Source of the DNA: an uncultured Bacillota bacterium
GTDB lineage: Bacteria > Sysuimicrobiota > Sysuimicrobiia > Sysuimicrobiales > Segetimicrobiaceae
DNA length: 64,000 bases
Assembly: GCA_963804645.1 (NCBI GenBank)
Contig: CAWDRG010000004.1
Span: 64,001 to 128,000 of the forward strand
Reading direction: 5' to 3'
The position numbers and the translations under genes are program-made. Positions 10,883 through 19,993 of the stretch are shown here, one piece after another (positions within the stretch are counted from its first letter, which is position 1; each line of letters starts with the position of its first letter). Below the pieces are notes generated by a model. It worked only from the letters and a program-made list of their open reading frames with translations, did no database searches and was not told where the DNA came from.

Positions 10883-12989
10883 CTGAACCCCCTGATCCTC
10901 CGAACGGAATCTCCAGCACAACCGTGGTGCCGCGATTCGGCGCGCTCTCGATCTTGAGCGTGCCGCCGACCAGCGCCGCGCGTTCCTGCATGGAGGTCAG
11001 ACCCAAATGATACCCTGTTTGGGTGGTCGTGCGATAGGCCTCGAGGTCAAAGCCGACGCCGTTGTCGGCCACGCGGATGGCACAGTGGCGGTCGTCGGAC
11101 TCCGCGTGGATCGCCGCGGTGCTCGCGTGCGCGTGGGCGTCGACGTTGACCAGCGCCTGCCGTGCGATCGCCAGCACCGCCTGCCGCACGGCGGGGGGCA
11201 GGGTGGAGTCGTCGCCGGTCGAGATCACGGTGACGTCGAGCTCATGGCGGCGCTGAAACTCCCGCGCGAGGTTGCCGAGCGAGTGGAACAGCCGCTGATC
11301 CACGGGGACCGGCCGCCGCAGGTCGGCCAGAAACTCCCGCAGTTCCCGCATGCCCTGCTCGAGCAGGGTGCGCGTCTCTTTGAGTTCGGCCCCGACGTGC
11401 GCGGTGTCCGCCTGAGCGGTCATCGCCGTCAGGTCGGTCTGCAGCAGCGCCGTCGCGAGCGTCTGTGCCAGGCCGTCGTGGATCTCGCGCGCGATCCGGC
11501 GGCGCTCCTCGACGGCTCCGATGTCCGCGATCCGGTGCGCGGTGGTCGCGGTGTCCACCGCGGCCGCTACGTGCGCGCCGATCGCCGCCAGGAGGGCGCG
11601 GTGCCACCGGCCTTCGATCGCGATGCCGAGCCCGAGCGCGCCGATCGTCCGCTCGCCGATGCTGAGCGGCACGCACGCCACCGACGTGTCGGAGGCGCCG
11701 GGCATGCGGGCGACCCGGATCTCGTTCCGCGTCGTGGAGGCGATGAGCTCGGGCAGGAGGCTCCGCGCCGCGGCCCCGCCGATGCCGCGCACGGCGACCA
11801 CCTCGATGTTGCCGGTGTCCTCGCGCTCCGTGGCGAGCAGGGCGAACGACGCCGGGGTGAGGGAGCGGACGAGGTCGAGTAGCGCGGGCCAGATGACGGT
11901 CGGGTCGCGCGTGAGCGCATAGCCGACGCGCGCGTACCCGCCGGCCAGCTCGTGCAGCGTGAAGGCAAACACGCGCTCATGCTGGGCGCGCGCCAGGAGC
12001 CCGGCGGCGCACTGGGCGACGAGTTCTGCCGCTTCCAGCGTCGTCACGGTGAATTGGCGCCCCGTGACCGAGCGGTTGAGGTTGAGGAGCCCGACGGTTT
12101 CCCGGTTGACGACGACCGGGATGCACATCGAGGACGTGATGCCCTCGCGCTCGAGATGCACCGGCAGGGCGACCCCCGGGGTGAGCAGCACCGCGCGTCC
12201 GCCCTGGGCGACCCAGCCGGCGATCCCTTCGCCCAGCCGCGACCCGGCTTGGCGGTGTGCCTCGCTCAATCCGTGCGAGGCGAGGACTTCCAGGTGCTTG
12301 GCCGTCGGGTCCAGCAGCATGAACGACCCGCTGTTCGCGTGGAAGTGCGTCACCGCCGTATCCAGCACGTGCTGAAGGGCGGCCTCGGCCGTGCCTCCGG
12401 CGGCGGCGATGTCCTTGATCGTCGTCAGCGTGCGCGAGACGCCTCTTTGTTCGTCGAAGCGCCGCGCGGCCTCGGCGCCGAGGCTGGCGGTGGCGATCAG
12501 CGTCACCCAGAGGAGGCACCAGGAGATCCAGCGGTCGGGAAAGATCGACCCCGGCGCCAACGGGAACTGGCCGCCGGCCAGGACCGTCGCCATCGCGAGC
12601 CCGCCGAGCTGGCCGGCGAGAATCCCGGTGGCCACCGCGAGGAGGAAGCCGAGCAGCACGAACTCGACCGGAAATCCCGTGACGTGTGCGCCAACGACGA
12701 GAAAGAGCGCGTCGAACGGGAGCATCCAGCGCGCGGCGTCCGCGGCCCGCACCGGATGCCACACCCCGTAGGCGGTGAACGCCGTCATGTAGACGGCGGC
12801 CGCCCCGTACAAGAGAAAGTACAGGCGCGGAGGCGGGCTCGGCGAGGTCGCCGGGAACAGCGCCGCGAGCACGAACAGCAGCACCAGCACCAGCAGCCGG
12901 ACCACCGGGACCGCGTACACCGCGGCCTGCAGGTCGTCCAGCAGCACGGCGTGCCCCTTCGGCATGAGGCGTGCTCGGCTGGTTACCAT
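10875..12989 (-). CDS. Membrane-bound GAF-domain HisKA_3 sensor histidine kinase
   Basis: N-terminal TM bundle, two GAF-like domains (GEGIAGWVA; VACVPLSIG), EERRRIAREIHDGLAQ, DNGVGF, GLTSMQERA. Confidence 0.9.
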   Translation of the reverse strand: MVTSRARLMPKGHAVLLDDLQAAVYAVPVVRLLVLVLLFVLAALFPATSPSPPPRLYFLLYGAAAVYMTAFTAYGVWHPVRAADAARWMLPFDALFLVVGAHVTGFPVEFVLLGFLLAVATGILAGQLGGLAMATVLAGGQFPLAPGSIFPDRWISWCLLWVTLIATASLGAEAARRFDEQRGVSRTLTTIKDIAAAGGTAEAALQHVLDTAVTHFHANSGSFMLLDPTAKHLEVLASHGLSEAHRQAGSRLGEGIAGWVAQGGRAVLLTPGVALPVHLEREGITSSMCIPVVVNRETVGLLNLNRSVTGRQFTVTTLEAAELVAQCAAGLLARAQHERVFAFTLHELAGGYARVGYALTRDPTVIWPALLDLVRSLTPASFALLATEREDTGNIEVVAVRGIGGAAARSLLPELIASTTRNEIRVARMPGASDTSVACVPLSIGERTIGALGLGIAIEGRWHRALLAAIGAHVAAAVDTATTAHRIADIGAVEERRRIAREIHDGLAQTLATALLQTDLTAMTAQADTAHVGAELKETRTLLEQGMRELREFLADLRRPVPVDQRLFHSLGNLAREFQRRHELDVTVISTGDDSTLPPAVRQAVLAIARQALVNVDAHAHASTAAIHAESDDRHCAIRVADNGVGFDLEAYRTTTQTGYHLGLTSMQERAALVGGTLKIESAPNRGTTVVLEIPFGGSGGSDG

Positions 12990-13110
12990 TTCATCAGGGC
13001 GCGCACCCGGCGGTGAGCGCGGCGTGCGTCATGCGCGGCAGACCTGGGGCGGCGGGTCTCGGGGCGACTGAACCGGTTGAGCTTATGGGGCGCACCCGTG
13101 GGGCGCGGCA

Positions 13111-13686
13111 CTAGCGCAGCGCAAATGCGCGGAGGCTGAGTTCCGCCCGCAGGATCGGCGTCACGGTGGGGGCGGCGCCCTGCTGGAGGGGTTCCTTCGT
13201 GACGCTCACGCTGTCGACCGCGATCAGCCGGGGGAGGCCCTCGGTGGTGTGCAGGAACTCGATGATCTGCGGCCACGTGCCGCGGACGATCATCGTGAAG
13301 CTCAGCGCCTGGACCAGCGGCGACCCCGGGAGGGCAGTGGCAGGGACGCCCTGCGGGAACTCCAATTGGACGAACTGGCCTCCGGCGCCGTCGATTCCCT
13401 GGACCAGCAGCGCCACGATCTGCGGCAGGGCGAGATCGCTCGGGATCTGCTGCTCGGCCCGCTGGAGCGCGGCGACGGTCGCGGCGTGCTGGGCTTTGGC
13501 TTGCGGCAGCCGCGCCGCGGTCGACTGGTCCTGGCTGAGCTGCTGGCTGGACGCCGCCACCTGGCGCTGGGCCGCCTGCAGCCGTGCGACCGCCGGCCGG
13601 AAGAAGACGAGCACGAGCACCACGACAATGGCCAGCGCGGCGCCGACCGCAACGATCGTGATCTCACGTCCGGTGAGCCGCCTCAT
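13111..13686 (-). CDS. pilO: Type IV pilus assembly protein PilO
   Basis: N-terminal TM + coiled coil, GTWPQIIEFLHTTEGLPRLIAV; follows pilM-pilN. Confidence 0.8.
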   Translation of the reverse strand: MRRLTGREITIVAVGAALAIVVVLVLVFFRPAVARLQAAQRQVAASSQQLSQDQSTAARLPQAKAQHAATVAALQRAEQQIPSDLALPQIVALLVQGIDGAGGQFVQLEFPQGVPATALPGSPLVQALSFTMIVRGTWPQIIEFLHTTEGLPRLIAVDSVSVTKEPLQQGAAPTVTPILRAELSLRAFALR

Positions 13687-14243
13687 GGGGTCACCGGACG
13701 CTGGGCGACATTCGCTTCGAACTCGAACGAATAGGTGCGATCACCCTCGATGACCCCGCTCGACTCGCGGGCGTAGGGCAACTGCACGTTGCTGAGAAAC
13801 TGGGCGCTTGACAGCTTGGCGGCCAGCGTCGGTACCGAGGTGTCGGTCAGCGTGCTCCCGTCGATCAGAATCGTATGGTTGGATGCCTTGACGGTCTCGA
13901 ACCACACGTCTTCAGGCACGAGATTGGTCACCGAGGTCAGGGTCTCCGCCCACGGGAACACCGTCGTGCGCACGCTTTCAAAGGACTGCTCGCGCCCCCG
14001 CAGGTTGTTGGTGTCGGCTTCGAGCTGCCGCACCGCGTTCGCGTCCTGGCGCACGGCGGCGAGCTGCTGCTCGAGCGAGCGCTCCTGCGATTCGAGCCGG
14101 TTCGTTTGGGTCAGGATGAGGGTGTACGCGAGCACGATCGGCACGACGGCGACGATGATGCCGATCGCGCGAAACCGCTGCAGCCGGCGCTGACGCCGCG
14201 CCTCGATCAGGCTTGCTGGTAGTAGGTTTGGGGAGAACTCCAC
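13683..14243 (-). CDS. pilN: Type IV pilus assembly protein PilN
   Basis: PNLLP N-terminal PilM-binding motif, TM, coiled coil, W...VPEDVWF. Confidence 0.85.
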   Translation of the reverse strand: MEFSPNLLPASLIEARRQRRLQRFRAIGIIVAVVPIVLAYTLILTQTNRLESQERSLEQQLAAVRQDANAVRQLEADTNNLRGREQSFESVRTTVFPWAETLTSVTNLVPEDVWFETVKASNHTILIDGSTLTDTSVPTLAAKLSSAQFLSNVQLPYARESSGVIEGDRTYSFEFEANVAQRPVTP

Positions 14244-14255
14244 GGCCGTGCCTCC

Positions 14256-15224
14256 TCAGGCGACCTTGCGTAGCGCCAGCCCCGCCGCGACGGCGAGGGG
14301 CGCATCGTGATCGAGCAGCTCCTGCGAGATCCCACGTCCATGCGTAAACAGCGAGAGCGGCGCGCCGAGTTCCGTCGGCACGCCGAGTTCTGCGGCGATC
14401 ATCTCGGCCAGCCCGGGTCGAAGCGCCCCGTCTCCACTCAGGACCGCGCGCGCCACCGACTGCCCCTGCGTCTGGGCCTGGAAGTAATCCACAGACCGGG
14501 ACAGGCCCACCAGCAGATTCTGGAGGGTCGGGGCGTCGTCCGCGGCGGCCGCGACCGCGTCATCGGGAGCCGACTCGGACAGGTGCATGCTCCCCACAGG
14601 AATGCTCCGGCAGATCAGCGGCAGACCGTTCTGTACGATCACCAGTTCGGTATTCTCGGCACCCACGTCGATTGCCGCGGTAGGCTGGGGCGTGTCGCCG
14701 AGCGTGCGCGCCAGTGCCAGGGCGGTCGCCTCGATCGCGACGACCTCCAGGCCGGCCTGCGTCATGATTTGGTAGTAGGCCAGGGCTTCCCGCTCGGGGA
14801 CGGCCGCCATCAGGACGTCGAGATGCCGCTGGGGCCCGGTCTTGACCTCCCGGACGACCTGCGCATCCACCACGGCGTCCTCGATCCTTAGTGGAAGGTG
14901 CCGCTCCGCCTCCCACTTGACGGCCGCCTTAAGTTCCTCCGCCGGCATCGGCGGAAACGTGAGGTTGCGGATCAGGACGTTGCGGCCGCCCATCCCGATC
15001 ACCGCCCGGCTGCCCCGCAGTTTGGCTGCGGAGACGACCTGGCGAATGGCGGTCACCACGGCGTGGGGCGCCACGACCATCCCGCCCTCGATGGCCCCCT
15101 CGGGCGTGGCAAAGACGCTCGCGTAGAGCAGCTGAGGCTTACGCCCCGGCCGCACCGCCGCGATCTTGATCGACCGCTTGCTGATGTCTACACCGACCGT
15201 CGACGCGTTGCCTCCGAGCGCCAC
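14256..15224 (-). CDS. pilM: Type IV pilus assembly protein PilM (actin-like)
   Basis: VGVDISKRSIK, FPPMPAEELKAAVKWEAERHLP, AIDVGA, LSGDGA, AVAAGLALR. Confidence 0.9.
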   Translation of the reverse strand: MALGGNASTVGVDISKRSIKIAAVRPGRKPQLLYASVFATPEGAIEGGMVVAPHAVVTAIRQVVSAAKLRGSRAVIGMGGRNVLIRNLTFPPMPAEELKAAVKWEAERHLPLRIEDAVVDAQVVREVKTGPQRHLDVLMAAVPEREALAYYQIMTQAGLEVVAIEATALALARTLGDTPQPTAAIDVGAENTELVIVQNGLPLICRSIPVGSMHLSESAPDDAVAAAADDAPTLQNLLVGLSRSVDYFQAQTQGQSVARAVLSGDGALRPGLAEMIAAELGVPTELGAPLSLFTHGRGISQELLDHDAPLAVAAGLALRKVA

Positions 15225-15340
15225 GGCTTCCCCCCGGCGGGGCCGTTTGGCCCCACCCGCTCACATATTCGCCGTCCCGGCGTGATTTTCCCTGCCGCCT
15301 GGGTACGGGCCGCCGGATGTTGTGGGCCGTTACACTTGAG

Positions 15341-16717
15341 TCAGTTTCTGCCGAAACCTTCGCTGAAGTAGGTGTCGGACGCCGGCGTCGCGCCGTACCC
15401 TCCGGCCGACTCGCTCTGCTGGTACCCACTCTGCATGCCCACTGAAGTGCCCTTGCGCAGGACGATGGCCCCGGCGGCATGGTTGAACGAGAGATATCCG
15501 TATCCGCTCGAGGGTCCCGCGCCGAGACCAGGGGCCGCAGCGTTCACGTCCTGCGTCGGCTGGATGCTATATGAGGTCGTCAACCCTGCGGTCGCCTGCA
15601 CGCAGCTGGTGGAGAGCGACCGGACCTCCTGGTACGGGCCCGGATCGATCACGACCACATCCCCGGCGTTGAACGGACAGAAGTTCAGAATCGGGTTCGT
15701 GACCGTGATGGATGACGCGCCGGCCGACGCGGGCTGCTGGAGCACGCTCGCGTTCGGCATCGTCTCGACCGGGGTCCCCGCGCTTTCCGCCGTGGCGACG
15801 GCGGGTGAGACGGCGAGCGTACACGTCGCGCTGGACGGCGCGGCGGTCGAGACGCCGGTCACCTGCAGCGGCCCGACGGGCGAAGACTGCGGGCTAATAT
15901 AGACGAAGTTCCCAATCGTGAAGGGGCAGGCGTTGTTCTGCTCCGACACGGAGACCACCGTGGAGCCCGCCGAGGTGTTCGAGGACAGCACGGAGCCAAA
16001 CCCCGGCGCCGAGAATCCCGTGATGCTCGCGTTCTCCGTGCCGCCGCTCTGGCTCACGAACCGGCCGACCCCGTAATTGGTGGTGGGGGCGGGGATGCTC
16101 GACGTGATGTAGTAGTTGGTATACCCTGCCACGGTGGCCGGCACGACCAGGGCGCCCCACGGATAGCTGTTCTTCAGGTTCGTCTGGAAATTCAGGGTGT
16201 AGGCGACCTGGTTGCCGTAGGCCGTCCAGTTGCCGCCGACGTTCACGTTGCCGATCTGACCGTTGTAAACGCACGACCCGGCCTGGGAGATTGCCGCGTT
16301 GGTCAGCAGGATGTTCTCCGACGTCGAGCTGAGCGTTTGGGTGCCGGAGTAGATCGTGACCGGCAAGCCCGGGGCCAAGCCGTTCGCGTTGTCGACCAGG
16401 GCGGAGGAGGCGCCCGAGACCGCCGACTGGCACAACGCGCCGATCACCTGGATCTGGAGCGTCGGCGTGTACGTCGCCTGGCCCGAGTAGGACGGGGTGA
16501 TCGTCACAAACGAGGATTCTTGGAGGTCGGCGATGAGCCGTGACATGCCGGCGCGCGGGTTCTGCTGGGCTTCCAGCTGCCCCTGCAGCAGCGCCAAGCC
16601 GCGGTCCAACGCGTTCAGGAGCTCGTAGGTGCCGATCGCGAAGATCACGAGGATCACCGTGCCGATCAGCAACTCGATCAGCGTATAGCCCCCTTCGTGC
16701 CGTCTGCTGATCATCAT
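15341..16717 (-). CDS. Large minor pilin (PilW/PulJ-like) with three internal beta-rich repeats
   Basis: Class III signal GGY|TLIELLIG, E5, hydrophobic helix, RAGMSRLIADLQ; start placed at ATG 16717. Confidence 0.75.
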   Translation of the reverse strand: MMISRRHEGGYTLIELLIGTVILVIFAIGTYELLNALDRGLALLQGQLEAQQNPRAGMSRLIADLQESSFVTITPSYSGQATYTPTLQIQVIGALCQSAVSGASSALVDNANGLAPGLPVTIYSGTQTLSSTSENILLTNAAISQAGSCVYNGQIGNVNVGGNWTAYGNQVAYTLNFQTNLKNSYPWGALVVPATVAGYTNYYITSSIPAPTTNYGVGRFVSQSGGTENASITGFSAPGFGSVLSSNTSAGSTVVSVSEQNNACPFTIGNFVYISPQSSPVGPLQVTGVSTAAPSSATCTLAVSPAVATAESAGTPVETMPNASVLQQPASAGASSITVTNPILNFCPFNAGDVVVIDPGPYQEVRSLSTSCVQATAGLTTSYSIQPTQDVNAAAPGLGAGPSSGYGYLSFNHAAGAIVLRKGTSVGMQSGYQQSESAGGYGATPASDTYFSEGFGRN

Positions 16718-16728
16718 CCCGCTCCCCG

Positions 16729-17310
16729 TCAGAAGAAGTTGTGCCGCATGGTAATCACCGTGTAGGTCCGGGTCAGCGGAGTGGTGAGCGAGCCGGGACT
16801 CGCCGGCTCCGTCCATGTCACGACCACCGTGACGATCGTCAGGCTCGGGTTGCCGTTCCCGCTCGCGGTCGGGTAGTTGCACGGATTGCTGGCAACCCCC
16901 TGGCAGTTCGTGGCGCTGATCGTCAGCGTGTACACGACGTTGGCCGCGCTGGCGGTGATCTGGTTCGTGCCCACGCTTCCCCCCTGGTTGGTGTTGAGGC
17001 AGAGGGTGTTGGCGGTCCCGCTGACCGGCGTGAGGTAGGTGAAGCTCTTCAGCTTCATGTCCTCGATGCATTCCTGCGCGAACCGCGCCGCGAAGCTCGT
17101 ATTGCGCCCGGCCTGCGCGTTCAGGCCGGCAAGGGGATAGTACTCGGCGGTCGTGAACGCCAGAAACGCGAACATCGCGACGGCGATCGTGATTTCGATC
17201 AGGGTGAACCCCGCGACCGCCGCCGGCACGGGGGGCCGCTCTGACCGGGCACAGGCAGACAACCGCCTCTGACCGGCATCTGAGACGCGCCGAGGCGGGT
17301 GCGTGTTCAT
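16729..17310 (-). CDS. Minor pilin (PilV-like)
   Basis: AG|FTLIEITIAVAMF prepilin motif; AQECIEDMK, IVTVVVTW. Confidence 0.8.
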   Translation of the reverse strand: MNTHPPRRVSDAGQRRLSACARSERPPVPAAVAGFTLIEITIAVAMFAFLAFTTAEYYPLAGLNAQAGRNTSFAARFAQECIEDMKLKSFTYLTPVSGTANTLCLNTNQGGSVGTNQITASAANVVYTLTISATNCQGVASNPCNYPTASGNGNPSLTIVTVVVTWTEPASPGSLTTPLTRTYTVITMRHNFF

Positions 17311-17494
17311 GGTTGTCGAGGCACGGTGTCCGGTCGCATTGGGTCGCACCGCTCCCCTGGGTGTCCGCCGGCGCTCCCGCAATCGGGATCGGTCGCCGAC
17401 GGCGCGGCCAACACAAGCCGCCAACCGCCAATATTCGGGTCGACCGCCCCCGAATTCCTGCCGGCACGGTCCGGGGCTCGCCTTGCCGCCGTCC

Positions 17495-17992
17495 TCAGCA
17501 TGCCTTCGGGATGCACGTCATGGTCACGGTGTCCCGCGTCGACCCGGTGAGGAACACGGTGACGGTGAAGGTTTCCCCGTTCTCCAGGCCCGCGTTCGTG
17601 GAGGGGAACGAAACCATCGCCTGACCCAACCCCGACGCGGTGGTGGAGGCCGACTGGATGTAGGGGCTTGTCCCGGTGCCGGTGGTGAACCTCCAAAACT
17701 TCCCGTTCGGCTCGGTGAACCCGATCCCCGTATTCGTGAAGCAGTTGATGCCGGTGGTCGTCACGAGACTGGGATAAGTATTCTGCTGGTAGCACGAATA
17801 CTCGAGCGCCGCCCACTCCTTGGCCATGGTGTTGCCCTCGGCGATCGCGGCCGCGTTTCGCGCCCCCAGATACGACGGGAGCATGATGGCTACCAGCAGG
17901 GCCAGGATGGCTGACGCCATGAGCAGCTCCATCCACGTGAAGCCGGAGTCGTCGGCGAGGACGTCCGCGAGGCGTCTAGACGGCATGCCCAT
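17495..17992 (-). CDS. Type IV pilin, paralog 2
   Basis: SG|FTWMELL prepilin motif, LPSYLGAR; similar to the adjacent pilin. Confidence 0.85.
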   Translation of the reverse strand: MGMPSRRLADVLADDSGFTWMELLMASAILALLVAIMLPSYLGARNAAAIAEGNTMAKEWAALEYSCYQQNTYPSLVTTTGINCFTNTGIGFTEPNGKFWRFTTGTGTSPYIQSASTTASGLGQAMVSFPSTNAGLENGETFTVTVFLTGSTRDTVTMTCIPKAC

Positions 17993-18031
17993 GTTTTCGC
18001 GCGGTGCCACAAGAACCCCTGGGAAACCACA

Positions 18032-18060
18032 GGAGCCTCCGCCCACGGGGCGGAGGCTCC
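18032..18060 (-). terminator. Stem-loop directly downstream of the major pilin (terminator or mRNA stabiliser)
   Basis: Perfect 13-bp inverted repeat GGAGCCTCCGCCC-N3-GGGCGGAGGCTCC, followed on the minus strand by TGTGGTTT. Confidence 0.7.
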
Positions 18061-18078
18061 ACAGCGAGTCGGTGTGGC

Positions 18079-18546
18079 CTAGCAGCCGACCGGAAGGCAT
18101 GTTGCGCTTGATTGTCCTTGGCTCGTGCCGCTGACGAACATCGTGACGGTGTAGGTCTCGCCGTTCTCAAGCCCGACGTTGTTGGACGGCCATGACACGG
18201 TCAGGTCCGGAGCGGTGGTGCCGGATACCGTGCCGACGTTGTAGGTCGCGCCCGGGGTGCCGGAGACCCAGTTCCAGTACTTGCCCGACTGCTCGTTGAA
18301 CCCGATCGCCGCGTTGCTCGCGCATGCGTTCACGGTCAGGTTCTGCAGATAGCAGCCGTAGGCCAGGGAGCGCCACTCCTGCGCCATTCCGTTCGCCTCA
18401 TCGATCGCGGCTTTATTGCGGGCGCCGAGATAGGACGGCAGGGCGAGGGCGACGAGTAGAGCCAGCACCGCCGCGACCACGACCAACTCAATTAGCGTGA
18501 AGCCCTCTTCATGTGCACGTGCGCTGCGAACCATCCGATTCAACAT
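18079..18546 (-). CDS. pilA: Major type IV pilin candidate
   Basis: EEG|FTLIELVVV prepilin motif; own promoter upstream and a strong hairpin downstream, as typical of a major pilin. Confidence 0.85.
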   Translation of the reverse strand: MLNRMVRSARAHEEGFTLIELVVVAAVLALLVALALPSYLGARNKAAIDEANGMAQEWRSLAYGCYLQNLTVNACASNAAIGFNEQSGKYWNWVSGTPGATYNVGTVSGTTAPDLTVSWPSNNVGLENGETYTVTMFVSGTSQGQSSATCLPVGC

Positions 18547-18639
18547 CGATCCGTTCCCCCCTTTGTCTCTTCGCGGCGATCGCTGGAGCTTGCAGTTTCT
18601 CAGCGCCAACCGACACGACACCTCTTGTCCCTCATACAG

Positions 18640-18704
18640 AGACTAGGTGATATCGTTGTACCCTGGCAATGGGACTTTCGGCGTCATCTGGTACCAAAGG
18701 ACTA
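18640..18704 (-). promoter_or_regulatory. pilA promoter: conserved double box + -35 TTGCCA, 18 bp, -10 TAGTCT
   Basis: Minus strand TAGTCCTTTGGTACCAGATGACGCCGAAAGTCCCATTGCCA...TAGTCT; same layout recurs before pilB and the orphan pilin. Confidence 0.6.
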
Positions 18705-18766
18705 GGTCAAAAACTGCGTGAACACTGCTCACTAAACCGAGCGGTGGGCCGGGTCGCGCGCGGCGC

Positions 18767-19978
18767 CTAGTGGATCGCGCTCAGCAGGCGCCAGAGCGGC
18801 GAGAGAATCGAGACGGCGACGAAGCCGACGATGCCGCCGACGGTGACGATCATCACCGGTTCGAGAATCGAGGCGAATCGGTCCACGGTGTTGCCGACCT
18901 CGCGGTCGTAGAAGTCGGCGATCTTGTCGAGGCTCTCTTCGAGCGCGCCGGTCTGCTCCCCGACGGCCACCATGTTCCACAGCATCGGCGGGAAGAGGGT
19001 GTTCTGGCTCAGCGACGCGGAGATCGACTGCCCCTCTCGCACGTTGACCGCCGTGCTCTCCACGGCCTGCGCGACGATGGCGTTGCCCGAGGCGCGGGCG
19101 ATAATTTCCAATCCCTGGACGATCGGGACGCCGCTGCGGATGATCATGGCCAGCACGCGGGTAAACCGGGCGAGCGCGATCTTCTGGACGAGCTTTCCGA
19201 CCACGGGGATATTCAGTAGCACCATGTCCACGACGCGCCGCCCGCCGTTCGTGCGCCGCATCGCCGTGATGGTGCCCACGATCGCGAGAAACACGGCGAG
19301 GCCGATGTACCAGTACTTCTGCGCCCCCTTGCTGAACGCGATGAGGATCTGGGTCGGCAGGGGCAGCGTGACGTTGAGCGTGTCGAACAGCGTCGTGATC
19401 GTGGGGAGCACGAAGAACACCGCGCCCAACCCGACCGCGATTGAGAGGCCCATGACGACGGACGGGTACGCGGCCGCGGTCTTGATGCGCTGGATCAGCT
19501 CCATGTCCCGCTCGACGTAGTCCGCCAGGTAGTTGAGGACGCGGTCGAGCGAGCCGGCCGCCTCGCCGGCGCGCACGGTGTTGACGTACAGCGGGCTGAA
19601 GATCGCCGGATACTTCGCCATTTCGCCCGACAGCGTGCCGCCGCCCTCGATGCCGATGCGGACGGCGTCGAGCACGTCGCGCAGCCGCAGGCTCTCGGTT
19701 TGGCGCGCGGCCACTTCGAGCCCCGTTACGAGCGGGAGGCCCGAGCCGACCATCGTCGCCAGCTGCCGCGTGAAGACGACCAGAAACTGCCGCGGCACCC
19801 CGGTCATCGTCCGCACTTGCTCGCCGACCGACGGGGCGACGATCTGCTCGCGCAGCAGGGTCGGCATGTAGGACCGCTCGCGCAGCTGCGCGACCACCGC
19901 GCGTTCCGAGTCGGCCTGGATCGTGCCTTCGATCATCCGGCCGCTCTGATCTCTCGCTCGGTACTGGTACACAGGCAT
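18767..19978 (-). CDS. pilC: Type IV pilus inner-membrane platform protein PilC
   Basis: FTRQLATMVGSGLPL, AGEAAGSLD, YPSVV, MVAVGEQTGAL, LEPVMIV. Confidence 0.95.
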   Translation of the reverse strand: MPVYQYRARDQSGRMIEGTIQADSERAVVAQLRERSYMPTLLREQIVAPSVGEQVRTMTGVPRQFLVVFTRQLATMVGSGLPLVTGLEVAARQTESLRLRDVLDAVRIGIEGGGTLSGEMAKYPAIFSPLYVNTVRAGEAAGSLDRVLNYLADYVERDMELIQRIKTAAAYPSVVMGLSIAVGLGAVFFVLPTITTLFDTLNVTLPLPTQILIAFSKGAQKYWYIGLAVFLAIVGTITAMRRTNGGRRVVDMVLLNIPVVGKLVQKIALARFTRVLAMIIRSGVPIVQGLEIIARASGNAIVAQAVESTAVNVREGQSISASLSQNTLFPPMLWNMVAVGEQTGALEESLDKIADFYDREVGNTVDRFASILEPVMIVTVGGIVGFVAVSILSPLWRLLSAIH

Positions 19979-19993
19979 CGGCGGCTGTCCCCC

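Noticed and set aside
16718..17467. N-terminal 250 aa of the 708-aa ORF 15341-17467
   Set aside because: An off-frame overlap with the PilV-like gene; the real prepilin start is at 16717
18589..18609. sigma54 promoter for pilA (TTGGCGC...TGCA on the minus strand)
   Set aside because: GG-to-GC spacing is 12 nt, not the required 10
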